Below, piece after piece: positions 8,777-19,044 of a stretch of DNA of 64,000 nt. Every line of letters starts with the position of its first letter. Position 1 is the first letter of the stretch. Made by a program: the position numbers and the translations under genes. This DNA comes from Paramoeba atlantica (lineage: Eukaryota > Protista > Discosea), in the NCBI GenBank assembly GCA_977017575.1, contig CDRNVI010000052.1, forward strand, positions 1-64,000, given 5' to 3'. The notes beneath the pieces were generated by a model. That model searched no databases and was not told the DNA's origin. It was given only the letters and a program-made list of their open reading frames with translations.

Positions 8777-11700
8777 ATGCGTCGACTCTACCCCAAACTC
8801 CCCTCCCCCCTCTCCACTACCCCTTTCCTCCTACGACACTTCACCGATGCCACGCAATCCCGCAAACCTCACCCCCACGAATCCTTCGTCAACGGACTCC
8901 AAACCGAGTTCCTTGACAACCTTCTCACCACGTGGCAAACCACCCCAGCGGCCGTCGACCCCTCCTGGCACCCCATCCTGGAAAAACTCACCCATGCCCG
9001 TCCAGAGGATCCCTTAGTGAAATCCTTTGACCGCTCCCAGGCTCTTGCTCAAGGCTCTGCGCTCGAGGACACGCTCTCTTCCACTTCTGAAACATCTTGT
9101 GCTGCTGCTGCGGCTGCGGCTTTAGCCTCTCGCAAGGACATCATGGATCACTTCAAGGTGACCTGGATGATACGTGCCTATGAGGTCCGTGGACACCGCA
9201 TCGCGGATGTGGACCCGCTGGCCCCCGTGGGAGATCGGGACACGACCCGGGCCCATGAGCTCCAGCTGCAACACTTTGGGTTTCAGGAGAGTGATTTGAG
9301 CCGTGAGTTCCATATGGGGGTAATCCCCGCTCTTGGGGGGATACACGCCGCGAATCAAAAAATGACCTTGCGTGCGATTGTGGAGAAGCTCCACAAAACG
9401 TACTGTCAGAAGGTAGGCTATGAGTTTACCCATATTGTGGATGCGCGTCGGGCACGGTGGATGCGGGAGCGTATTGCGGCACCGCAGCCCCCGACGGTGG
9501 CGGAGAGAAAGGCGTGTTTGCATGATCTTGTGCGTACGTTCTCGTTTGAGCGCACGTTGCTTTCGGAGTTTGCGGACGCGACACGGTATGGGATTTCCGG
9601 TGTAGAGGTACTGATTCCGGTAATGAAACTGCTGGTGCGCCACGCCGCCGCGAGTGGGGTGCGGGAGATTGTGATTGGCGGCACCCACCGGGGGCGGTTC
9701 AACATGCTCGCCCACGTACTGAGCACCGACATGGGGTTTGTACTGCAGCAGCTGTACGATCACAAAAACGGCACCCCCCACCGCACCGAGTCCCGCGACA
9801 TCCTCGCCAACCAAGGCTACGGCCTCGAACGTGCCACCCTTAACGGTGACCGCATCCGTCTCACCCTCCTCCCCAACGCCACCCACGCCGAGAGCGTAAG
9901 CCCCCTCGTCGCGGGCTACGTCCGTGCCCGACAACACTACGACCAAGCCGACCCCCACCGCACCCGTACCCTCGCCGTCCTCCTCCACGGCGACGGCGGT
10001 TTCGCCTCCCAGGGGGTCGCCTACGAGACCACCGGCCTCTCCGACCTCCAGTTCCACAACATCGGCGGCACCCTCCACCTGGTCCTCAACAACCGTCTCG
10101 CCCACACCGCCTCCCCCTCCCAGTACCGCGGCCCCACCGCTGCTGCCGCCTGCACCAACCTCGCCCTCCCCGTCCAGGCCCCCGTGTTCCACGTCAACGC
10201 GGACGACCCCGACGGGGCCCTGCGGGTCGTGCGGCTCGCGCTGGACTACCGCGGGGCGTTCCACCAGGACGCGATCGTGGACCTGGTGTGCTACCGGGCC
10301 CACGGCCACAGCGAGACGGACGACCCGACGGTGGCCCACCCGCAGCTGTACCGCACCGTCGCGCGGCACCCCGACGTGCTGTCGCAGTACGCGGGGCGGC
10401 TGGTGGGGGAGGGGGTGGTGGGGGCGGGGGAGGTCGGGGGGGTGGAGGCGGGGGTGAACCGGGAGCTGCGGGGGGCGCTGGCGAATGTGAAGAGGGGGAG
10501 CGTGAGTGGGTGGGAGAGGGGGGCGAGGGCAGGGGGTACGGGGGCGGGGACGACGGCGACAACGGTGGTGGGGGGGAGTTGTGTGGCGTTGCCGGGGGTG
10601 ACGGGGGTGGGGAGGGAGGGGTTGCGGGATTTGGGGAAAAGGTTGGCAAAGCTGCCGGAGGGGTTTGATCCGCACCCGACGTTGCGGCGGATTTTGGAGG
10701 AGAGGGCCAAGCATTATGATTCTGGGGAGGGGTTGGATTGGGGAGCGGCGGAGGCGTTGGCGTTTGCGTCGTTGCTGCAGGAAGGGGTTCATGTACGGGT
10801 CAGTGGGCAAGATGTCGAGCGTGGGACGTTTTCTCACCGGCACGCGCTGTTGGTGGATGTGAACACTGCGAAGGTGACCATTCCGCTGGCGAATTTCCTG
10901 CCTGGGGTCCAGGCCCCGTTTCGGATTGTCAACTCCTCGTTGTCGGAGTATGCCGTCTGTGGATATGAGTTAGGGTATAGCACGGCGAATCCGAATGCGG
11001 TCGTGATCTGGGAAGCGCAATTTGGAGATTTTGCAAACGGTGCCCAGGTGATTTTCGACCAGTATCTGAGCTCCATGGAGTGGAAATGGGGTACCGCTGT
11101 GACTGGGTTGGTGGTGAATCTCCCCCATGGGTACGACGGCATGGGCCCGGAGCACTCCAGCGGGCGAATTGAGCGGTTTCTACAAGGTAGTGATGATGAC
11201 GAGGAGCTCCCGATGGCGTTGCTGCGCAAGAACCGCGTCTTGCTGCGTCAAGTCTCTGAGAATCGTGACCTGAACTTGCTTTACCCCGTGTTGGAGGACA
11301 TGATTCGCACGTACAACTGGCAGGTGTGCTTCCCCTCGACGCCTGCGAATTACTTCCACGTGCTACGAAGACAGGTGCACCGTGCTTTCCGTAAGCCGTT
11401 GATTAATTTTTACAGCAAAGCGTTTCTCCGAGCCCCAAACATTTCCAGCTACGCCGAGATGGGGACCGGTACGCTCTTCCAGCCGATCATCGATGACCCA
11501 AGCGTGACGCACTACGACAAAGTTAAGAAGGTGATCTTGTGCACGGGGCAAATCTATTTCCATCTAAGAAAGCACCGCGACAGCAGCAAAAAAGCGTGTA
11601 AATTGGCTTTGGTACGATTGGAACAACTCTCCCCCTTTCCGTGGCTACACGTAGATGCCGTGCTCTCTCGCTACCCGAACAAAGTGGCTATCTCGTGGGC

Positions 11701-11896
11701 CCAGGAGGAGCCCATGAACATGGGAGCGTGGAACTACGTAGAGCCCCGGCTACATAATCTCCTCTCTTTCCATCACAGGAAAACTACTGTTCGCTACGTG
11801 GGACGACCGCCCGCGGCAGCCAGCGCAGTGGGAGCGAAATCCATGCACGATGCCGAGATCGCGCGGTACTTAGAAGAGGCTATGAGCGGTATTTAG
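8777..11896 (+). CDS. OGDH: 2-oxoglutarate dehydrogenase E1 paralog 1 (N-half motifs degenerate, C-half intact)
   Basis: AYEVRGHRIADVDPL, HRGR, HGDGGFASQG, SGQDVERGTFSHRH, NSSLSEY, WEAQFGDFANGAQ, PHGYDGMGPEHSS, WAQEEPMNMGAW. ORF open from 8684; 8777 (MRRLYPKL, presequence-like) is the likelier start. Confidence 0.95.
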   Translation: MRRLYPKLPSPLSTTPFLLRHFTDATQSRKPHPHESFVNGLQTEFLDNLLTTWQTTPAAVDPSWHPILEKLTHARPEDPLVKSFDRSQALAQGSALEDTLSSTSETSCAAAAAAALASRKDIMDHFKVTWMIRAYEVRGHRIADVDPLAPVGDRDTTRAHELQLQHFGFQESDLSREFHMGVIPALGGIHAANQKMTLRAIVEKLHKTYCQKVGYEFTHIVDARRARWMRERIAAPQPPTVAERKACLHDLVRTFSFERTLLSEFADATRYGISGVEVLIPVMKLLVRHAAASGVREIVIGGTHRGRFNMLAHVLSTDMGFVLQQLYDHKNGTPHRTESRDILANQGYGLERATLNGDRIRLTLLPNATHAESVSPLVAGYVRARQHYDQADPHRTRTLAVLLHGDGGFASQGVAYETTGLSDLQFHNIGGTLHLVLNNRLAHTASPSQYRGPTAAAACTNLALPVQAPVFHVNADDPDGALRVVRLALDYRGAFHQDAIVDLVCYRAHGHSETDDPTVAHPQLYRTVARHPDVLSQYAGRLVGEGVVGAGEVGGVEAGVNRELRGALANVKRGSVSGWERGARAGGTGAGTTATTVVGGSCVALPGVTGVGREGLRDLGKRLAKLPEGFDPHPTLRRILEERAKHYDSGEGLDWGAAEALAFASLLQEGVHVRVSGQDVERGTFSHRHALLVDVNTAKVTIPLANFLPGVQAPFRIVNSSLSEYAVCGYELGYSTANPNAVVIWEAQFGDFANGAQVIFDQYLSSMEWKWGTAVTGLVVNLPHGYDGMGPEHSSGRIERFLQGSDDDEELPMALLRKNRVLLRQVSENRDLNLLYPVLEDMIRTYNWQVCFPSTPANYFHVLRRQVHRAFRKPLINFYSKAFLRAPNISSYAEMGTGTLFQPIIDDPSVTHYDKVKKVILCTGQIYFHLRKHRDSSKKACKLALVRLEQLSPFPWLHVDAVLSRYPNKVAISWAQEEPMNMGAWNYVEPRLHNLLSFHHRKTTVRYVGRPPAAASAVGAKSMHDAEIARYLEEAMSGI

Positions 11897-12077
11897 GGTT
11901 CGCTGTGTCTTCAGCAGGGAAGTGCTAATTTTAGATTGAGAATTCTGAACCATTTTTTCATGTAATTCAATGCATTTTTTTCGTTTCTTACGTTCCCTTA
12001 ATAATTAAATTTTGTGCTGATAATCTGTTTCTTCCAACTGTCCTATTGAAGCGCTTTGTGATACAATGTATACACCA

Positions 12078-12126
12078 ATGACACGTTACATCACTAGGCA
12101 CTATGACACGTTACATCACTAGGCAC
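12078..12126. repeat. 25-bp direct tandem duplication between the two E1 genes
   Basis: ATGACACGTTACATCACTAGGCAC(T) x2. Confidence 0.9.
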
Positions 12127-12252
12127 AAATAAAATGCGCTTTTCATCAGCCCTTCTGACGACTCTCCATTATTTTTACCACAAAACAGTATTTTTCTTCT
12201 TTCTCTTCCACACTTCCTCTTCCATTCTTCCTCCCCCCTCTCCCTTCCTTTC

Positions 12253-15234
12253 ATGATGCGACGCGTCACTCCCCGTCTCCACACCGCCACTCCCCGACGC
12301 TACCCCCTCCACCCGTGCGACAACTTCCTTACCCCAGAAAACGCCTCCTATCTCGACACCCTCCCCCCAGACACCGCCCCTCCCCCACCCCACCCTACCC
12401 CCAGCCTCGATCCCCCCACCTGGGCCTCTCTCCTTCACAAAGCCGATGACCTCCCACGAGAGCAGCCGTTGCTACGCTCCACCTTTCGACCGCTCTCTTC
12501 TTCTTCATCTTCTTCTCATCCCCACAAATCTTCTTCCCCTTCTTCTCTTCACAACGTTTCTGTGAACTACTCTATGAGCGAGGCGGCACGGCTAGCCTGG
12601 ATGTGTCGCGCCTGGCAAGTCCACGGTCACCTCACCGCCACCCTTGACCCGTTGAATTTACACCAAGGCATGCTGCGGATGCCCGACTCCTTTGGGGTGC
12701 GCGTGGAGGAACTCGAGCCCGCGTACTTTGGATTCACCGAGGCCGACCTCGAGCGCTCGTTTTATCTCGGCATGTCCTCCACGAAAGGGGGACTGCTCGG
12801 GGAGGACACCACCATGACCCTACGGGAGCTCCATGCGAAGTTAAAAAGTATTTATGGACAGAAAATTGGGTACCAGTTTATGCATCTCGCGGAGCCGGAG
12901 TGTGCAAAATGGTTCCGGGATCGGATCGAGACCCCGGAGCACTATCCGGAGTATTTGGGGTTCTCCACGGAGGAGAAGCTGGATGTGCTGCATCACCTGG
13001 CGCGTGGGGAACTCTTCGAGCAGTTTCTCCACACGAAATTTGTCGGGAGTAAACGGTTTGGGCTGGATGGTGGGGAGTCGCTGATTCCGGGGATGATGGA
13101 AATGATCCAACGCGCGGCCTCTCATGGGGTGGAGCACATTGTGTTGGGGATGCCCCACCGTGGGAGGCTATCGGTACTCACCAATGTGTGTGGGAAATCC
13201 ATGGAGGCGCTTTTTAAGGAATTTAAGGGACTCACGCTGGATGATATGCAGGGTGAGGGTTCCGGAGATGTGAAGTATCACTTGGGGATGACTAACCGAC
13301 GGGTGTTGAAGAATGGCAGCGCCATCCAGCTCAGTCTGCTTGCGAATCCAAGTCACCTTGAGGCGGTGAACCCGTTAGTGGAGGGTAAGGCACGGGCGAA
13401 GCAACACTGTCTTGGGGACACCTCCCGGGACCGGGTGATGGCCGTCCAGCTGCACGGCGATGCGGCGTTTGCGGGCCAGGGCGTGTGCTACGAGACCATG
13501 GGTCTCGGCGAGTTGGAGTCATTTAGCACTGGGGGAACCATTCATATTGTGGTGAACAACCAGATCGGGTTCACCACGGACCCGAAAAAGTCACGCTCCT
13601 CCCCGTATTGCACCGATCTCGGGCGTGTGTTTGGGTGTCCGGTGCTGCACGTGAACGGGGATAGCCCAGAGGACGTTGCCCGGGTGTTTCGCCTGGCCGC
13701 AGATTTCCGTAAAGAGTTCAAAAAATCCATCATCGTCGACCTCGTGTGCTACCGCCGCTTCGGCCACAACGAGACCGACGAACCCATGTTCACCCAACCC
13801 CTCATGTACCGCGCCATCAAAAACCACCCCACCATTCTCACCCAATACACCCAAAAACTCATCTCCGAGAACTGCATCACCCCGGAAGAAACCCAAACCC
13901 TCCACCACACCATCACCCAAGCCCTCCGCGCCTCCCTCACCCACCTCGACGCCTACACCCTTACCAAATCCGAGTGGTACGACTCCTACTGGAAAAACTT
14001 CCGCAAGGCCTCCCATGTCTTTGCCAAGCTCTACCCCACCCAAGTCTCCGGGGAGGTCCTCCGCGAGCTCTCCACTCTGGTCATCCAAGTCCCCCCGCGT
14101 ATTGCGCTTCACCCGAAGTTAGCCTCCCTGTTCAAGGCCCGGCAGCACACGCTGGACACCGGCAAGGGGATCGGCTGGGCCACGGCAGAGGCCCTGGCCT
14201 TTGGGAGTCTCCTGCAGGAGGGGATCCACGTGCGGCTCAGTGGGCAGGACGTCGCGAAGGGGAGCTACCACCAGCGGCACGCGGTGGTGCGGGACGCGCT
14301 GACGGGGGTGGAGTACAGCCCGCTGAAGAACATGTCGAGTGGACGGTTCGTGCTGTGCGACAGCCCCGGGGGGAACTACGGGGTGCTGGGGTACGAGCTG
14401 GGGTACTCCATGGAGAGCCCACAGGCGCTGGTGATCTGGGAGGCCCCGGAGGGGGAGTTGGTGAACAGTGCACAGATTGTGGTGGATCAGTTTATTGCGT
14501 CCGGGGAGGCGAAGTGGGGTCGGCAGTGTGGGTTGGTGGTGGCGTTGCCGGTGGGGTGTGAGGGGGAGGGACCGGATTTGTCGGGGGCTCGGGTGGAGAG
14601 GTTTTTGCAGGCGGTGGATGAGGAGGTGGCGGAGGATGCGGAGGGGTATGGGCCGAATTCTCATGCGAGGGTGAATATGGAGGTGGTGAGCCCGACGACG
14701 CCGGCGAATTACTTTCATTTGTTACGGCGCCAAATTCATCGGAATTTTCGTAAGCCGTTGGTGTTGTTCCTGCCGAAGACCACCGTAGGTAGTGCAAAGG
14801 AGGAGTTGGTGGATTCTGAGTTCGCCCCGGTGATCGCGGACGAGGCACGCTGTTCGCCGGATGCCGTGACAAAGGTGGTGCTGTGCTGTGGTCCGTTTTA
14901 TTACCGTCTGTGTGAGGCCTTGTCAGACCTCTCGAAAAAGGACGTCGTACTGGTTCGTGTCGAACAGCTTGCACCGTTTCCCGACCGCCTTGTGAAGAAA
15001 CAGCTTGAGCGATTTCCTAAGGCAAAGGTGGTGTGGGCTCAGGAGGAGCCGCGGAATATGGGCGCCTGGAGTTATGTCCGTCCGCGAATTAACGCCGCAC
15101 TACGCTGTGGGAAAAGGAAACATTCCGAGTTACAGTATCGAGGACCCCGGGCATGCTCCGTGGTGTGTACCGGGGACAAGCACATATTCGCACAGCAGCA
15201 AAAACAGCTTGTTAAATCAGTGTTCGACGAGTAG
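12253..15234 (+). CDS. OGDH: 2-oxoglutarate dehydrogenase E1 paralog 2 (N-half intact, C-half motifs degenerate)
   Basis: KRFGLDGGESLIPG, GMPHRGRL, SGDVKYHLG, ANPSHLE, HGDAAFAGQG, NNQIGFTT, YRRFGHNETDEP are canonical; the C-half has DSPGGNY, WEAPEGEL, PVGCEGEGPDLSG. Confidence 0.95.
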   Translation: MMRRVTPRLHTATPRRYPLHPCDNFLTPENASYLDTLPPDTAPPPPHPTPSLDPPTWASLLHKADDLPREQPLLRSTFRPLSSSSSSSHPHKSSSPSSLHNVSVNYSMSEAARLAWMCRAWQVHGHLTATLDPLNLHQGMLRMPDSFGVRVEELEPAYFGFTEADLERSFYLGMSSTKGGLLGEDTTMTLRELHAKLKSIYGQKIGYQFMHLAEPECAKWFRDRIETPEHYPEYLGFSTEEKLDVLHHLARGELFEQFLHTKFVGSKRFGLDGGESLIPGMMEMIQRAASHGVEHIVLGMPHRGRLSVLTNVCGKSMEALFKEFKGLTLDDMQGEGSGDVKYHLGMTNRRVLKNGSAIQLSLLANPSHLEAVNPLVEGKARAKQHCLGDTSRDRVMAVQLHGDAAFAGQGVCYETMGLGELESFSTGGTIHIVVNNQIGFTTDPKKSRSSPYCTDLGRVFGCPVLHVNGDSPEDVARVFRLAADFRKEFKKSIIVDLVCYRRFGHNETDEPMFTQPLMYRAIKNHPTILTQYTQKLISENCITPEETQTLHHTITQALRASLTHLDAYTLTKSEWYDSYWKNFRKASHVFAKLYPTQVSGEVLRELSTLVIQVPPRIALHPKLASLFKARQHTLDTGKGIGWATAEALAFGSLLQEGIHVRLSGQDVAKGSYHQRHAVVRDALTGVEYSPLKNMSSGRFVLCDSPGGNYGVLGYELGYSMESPQALVIWEAPEGELVNSAQIVVDQFIASGEAKWGRQCGLVVALPVGCEGEGPDLSGARVERFLQAVDEEVAEDAEGYGPNSHARVNMEVVSPTTPANYFHLLRRQIHRNFRKPLVLFLPKTTVGSAKEELVDSEFAPVIADEARCSPDAVTKVVLCCGPFYYRLCEALSDLSKKDVVLVRVEQLAPFPDRLVKKQLERFPKAKVVWAQEEPRNMGAWSYVRPRINAALRCGKRKHSELQYRGPRACSVVCTGDKHIFAQQQKQLVKSVFDE

Positions 15235-15425
15235 GTTCATTTTTTCTTGAGATTTTACAGGTATGAGATGATAAATAATGCGCAGGAGGTTTCTTAAGAA
15301 GTGTATGTGGAGCTAAGACTCCAATTATGGGTTTTGACTTGTAAGAGCTTATGTAATGAAGTATGTTGCCCCTCTTGTTTCTAATGCTTTTCTTTCTTCC
15401 GTTACATTGATTACATTTCGGTATC

Positions 15426-17078
15426 TTGGACAAACATTTTCATCCGAATTTTCGGATTCTTGTTCAGAATACGCATGCAATTATTCTTTGTTTTGGTTGT
15501 CTTAGGGATACGCTTGCCTACGTTTTTTGTATCACTAATTTTGCCCTTTTGCATGTTCACCAGTGGGTCACGGCGGGCCACGGTGGGTCCAGCATATTAT
15601 GCTTTTGCACCGAGCAAAACTGCGAGCTGTGCCTGTCAGGAACACTTCTCCGGTTGTGCATTTGCTGCCGTCATCTGTGGTACCCTTTGCTCCATCAAGT
15701 AGACTTCGCTGCTGAAACACTGGATTCACTTGTCAGCTCACAAATTTGCTCTCGCCAAAAAACGTATTTTGAGTATGTGACCAAGACAGTAGTCCCGTAC
15801 TTACGTTCTTTAGGAACACCCTCCGATGTTTTCCTCTCACTGGAACTGCTGGAATTAAGGGTTAAAGAGTGTTTAGGTCATCGAGAACTTTTTATCCCGG
15901 AATCGGGAGCTTATAGCGGTTGTACAAAACGTTTCTCGTATTCAGATCGAGCATGTGGCGATGCTTCTATGCGGTACTCCGGGTGGAAGTTATTTGCTGT
16001 TCGATTGCCTAATGCTTTTGTAGCGAAGAGCAGTCGAATGTTATCTTCACAAAGAGCCATACGGCGTAAGAAAAAATGGCCAATTAAGATTGACTGCAGC
16101 TTTCCTCCTTCAAACTCTGCACCACTTTTCATAGAGTGGAAACTTAAAAATGCCACCTTACCTGTTTGGAATACACGCGTCAAAACGCTTAAATTTCTAC
16201 GATCGGGGTATTGCAACAACGACAACGTCGCGTTACTCTACCGTGTTTGTCACTACTGTCTGAAATATGGAGCGCCTAGCAACGTATACTGTCCGCTGGA
16301 AATCTTTTCGTTAGATTTTTCTCGCGCATGTCGAGCAGTCGCATCGCTTCTGCTGGATTATTTATCCTATTCTCGCGCGGTACCGTGTCAGTCCATGAAC
16401 AGCAGAGAGAGACTAAGAGCAAGACAAGATTTTTCTGATACACTAACTGAAACAAATGTCGGTAGGTGGCCTATCACACTGCACACTCCTATCCCATCAA
16501 GCTACGAAATACTTCACACTATTCCGAGGATCATTGAAATACTGTTTCAAAGTCGCATCCTGCCTTCTCTACGGCTTGCACAACAACGAAACCGATTTAC
16601 CGCACACGGCTTGCTGTGTCTAGAAAAAACGTTAGAAAATCTTATTTTGGTCGAAGGCAGAGAATCCGAAAATTACTTGCGTTTCATGCATGATTGTCTT
16701 ACGCACGTTCTCGAATCGCCTACCGAATTCCCTATTTGTCACCGCACACCAAATAAAAAAATATTGTGCGAAGAACTGATAAATGAAGAAACTAATAAAT
16801 GTGAGACTAGTGCAAAAGCCGTTATGTCAAAGTCCAATGCAAGGAGTTCCAAAGAGTTGCTTCAAAACCTGCAGGCGCTAATCTACAAGGCTAGAGAAAT
16901 TTATTTCCTTGCCACTTCTGTACGTGACTGCAGTGTTCTCATGGTGGTCCCTTCCTTTTCCCAGGCTGTTTCCCTTCCGACTGTGTCACTCATCGATTTC
17001 GATGACAAAAGCCACAAAGGACTATTACATTATGTCAAGCAAGAGATCGCACTATGTAAAGAGTATCAGAACGCTTAG
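15426..17078 (+). CDS. Hypothetical protein, start uncertain
   Basis: 550-codon open frame in AT-rich sequence on the coding strand; track start is TTG and the first in-frame ATG is far downstream. Confidence 0.5.
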   Translation: MDKHFHPNFRILVQNTHAIILCFGCLRDTLAYVFCITNFALLHVHQWVTAGHGGSSILCFCTEQNCELCLSGTLLRLCICCRHLWYPLLHQVDFAAETLDSLVSSQICSRQKTYFEYVTKTVVPYLRSLGTPSDVFLSLELLELRVKECLGHRELFIPESGAYSGCTKRFSYSDRACGDASMRYSGWKLFAVRLPNAFVAKSSRMLSSQRAIRRKKKWPIKIDCSFPPSNSAPLFIEWKLKNATLPVWNTRVKTLKFLRSGYCNNDNVALLYRVCHYCLKYGAPSNVYCPLEIFSLDFSRACRAVASLLLDYLSYSRAVPCQSMNSRERLRARQDFSDTLTETNVGRWPITLHTPIPSSYEILHTIPRIIEILFQSRILPSLRLAQQRNRFTAHGLLCLEKTLENLILVEGRESENYLRFMHDCLTHVLESPTEFPICHRTPNKKILCEELINEETNKCETSAKAVMSKSNARSSKELLQNLQALIYKAREIYFLATSVRDCSVLMVVPSFSQAVSLPTVSLIDFDDKSHKGLLHYVKQEIALCKEYQNA

Positions 17079-17179
17079 AAAGCGGTGTGGTCGTCTTTTT
17101 AAAAGTCTTTATCGTATTCTCTTTTTTTAGCTCGAAATAACGTACTGAACCAGCAACAACGAATCATTGTCTATTTTAA

Positions 17180-17812
17180 CAATTATGAAGGACATATTCG
17201 GTCGTAGCTGTGGCCGCTGTCAATATCTGAGCGTTGTCACGCTGGATCGCTACCTCGATGGCCATTAGGGCGTGCTTTATAAAGCCTCTTGGATTTGGAG
17301 TTTATCTCCCCAATTTCCTCAAAAAGGAGAGTGTCGCATTTCCCTGTACTCCGAAAACCGTAAATGCTAACGGGAAGAGGGTCATCCCCTCTCACTTGCC
17401 AACCCTCCATACTTCTTGAGTATGTCAGCTTCAGCTTTTTGGGCCGTGCTGCCCGGATATTTGACTTTAACCTCTACGTAGAAAGCAGCAAATGGTTGAC
17501 GATGGTTACGTCGACGAGAACAACTTGATTCCCGACTAGCAAGCACACGTCTGGCCCGCTTCCATCCTCGAAACGCGGTTCGTGAGGGTCTGGACGGAAG
17601 CCATGTTGACGGAGTATGCGCAGGAAGCACTCTTTAACAAGTGCGTGGCGTGTTGCTGCTATCTTGCCTCGGACTCGGCGGCCCATGTATCGCAAATTTA
17701 TCACTTGGGTAGGATTCACCGCAGGTGCATTGAATTTCTTGCCTGAATGATGGCGGAAGGAGGTAACAACGTCGGAGAGCTGTCTGCCACTCTGAGTTCG
17801 ACATCATGTATT
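17180..17812 (-). mobile_element. 3' fragment of a CRE/SLACS/CZAR-like non-LTR retrotransposon (Zn-knuckle remnant plus restriction-like endonuclease)
   Basis: Across frameshifts: MSNSEWQTALRRCYLLP...QCTCGE...FAIH; RHALVKECFLRILRQHGFRPDPHEPRFEDGSGPDVCLLVGNQVVLVDVTIV; AQKAEADILKKY. This is the RH...EP...PD...DV...K.KY pattern of REL endonucleases. Confidence 0.75.
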
Positions 17813-17913
17813 CTCTTTTTAAAATTTCAGCTGTAAAAATCTTTTTACGTTCAATACGGGTTACAATACTCTAAACAGAAAAAAGAATAGTTTTGAGTTT
17901 TCGCTGTTTCTCA

Positions 17914-18867
17914 ATGGTATCAGCAGAGTCTCTGTTTCACCAAATCGACTCACAACAATTCATAACCACTCGGCTAGCTGAGATATGCTGGGAGAGATTG
18001 CAGGAGAGTATTGAGGACAAAGTAGCTACGCTCGTCAGCCAGTACGTAAAGAAGCATGCCGTTCCCTCCAACCGTGGGCTTCTTCGAGATATTTACATTG
18101 CACGAGCCACAGATGCTCTGATGTCCTCCATTTGCGATTTCTCGCTGAACAATAGCGCGAAGCAAAATTCTCCATCTGTAAACTCAGCAAACTCCAAAGC
18201 AAATGAGCCGAATCGGCTAAGAGAGTATGTTGTACGAGAGTCGTGCGAACTATTATGTGCGCCTGGGCCATCTGGAATGGAATACTTGCAAAATGAAACT
18301 CAGTTTTCGGAGACCGTCTACAAGGCAATGGAACAGAGCTTACGAGAGTTGCAAAGAAAAGAACAGGAAGACTATCTTAAGCTCTGGACGGAGCTTGATG
18401 AGGTTTCTTCACGTCGAGGGCACGTTCACTCAACGCGCGAAAATGAAAAAGTATCTGAAAGAAGCAAAGCTGTTTACTCAAAGAAAAAATCTCGTCCAGA
18501 TTTGTCGATGAAGAAACGTGTGCTGCAAAAACCAACGTCTATCAAAGAGGAAACGGTGGAAATCTTAAAAAGGGAACATCCTTTATCTCCTCAAAAAGTT
18601 TCAGAAGCGAAGGCACACAAAAATAGAGAAACGGGAAACTCTAGGAACGTGAGTACGAAGAGTGTATCTTCAAAAAGCTCTAGCACTGATGAAAGAGTCG
18701 CTATGAAAGAGGCACAAAGAACTGATGCAGCTGTCCCTACCAAATCGCGTCGCGTTCGCGTGCTTCTCCGAAGCTCACACGAAGCACCATATGAAAGGTC
18801 GCCTCCTGAAAACAAAATTTTTATCAAACGAGGTGTAAAAATAGTTCCTCCTTCAATAGGAAACTAG
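17914..18867 (+). CDS. Hypothetical protein, basic/Ser-rich C-terminus
   Basis: 317-codon ATG ORF on the coding strand. Confidence 0.6.
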   Translation: MVSAESLFHQIDSQQFITTRLAEICWERLQESIEDKVATLVSQYVKKHAVPSNRGLLRDIYIARATDALMSSICDFSLNNSAKQNSPSVNSANSKANEPNRLREYVVRESCELLCAPGPSGMEYLQNETQFSETVYKAMEQSLRELQRKEQEDYLKLWTELDEVSSRRGHVHSTRENEKVSERSKAVYSKKKSRPDLSMKKRVLQKPTSIKEETVEILKREHPLSPQKVSEAKAHKNRETGNSRNVSTKSVSSKSSSTDERVAMKEAQRTDAAVPTKSRRVRVLLRSSHEAPYERSPPENKIFIKRGVKIVPPSIGN

Positions 18868-19044
18868 TGTGCGATTTCGGATTGCATTCACCTTTTTTTG
18901 TATTGCACAAACATAATGTATATGCTCTTTTTCCTCATTTTCTCCATTACTTCACCAACGCTTTTCCCTTCCCCATTATCACCCTATTTTGATAAAAACA
19001 AAAACGATAGTTTTCCTTCCCTACCCATTCTACCCCACCACAAC

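Noticed and set aside
9122-10843. 573-aa minus-strand ORF and similar long antisense ORFs at 13591-14974, 25146-26346, 36553-37620, 42350-43631, 44157-44630, 61861-62475 and 62836-63411
   Set aside because: Antisense to well-supported genes, P/G/R/H-biased and without domains; expected in GC-rich skewed sequence.
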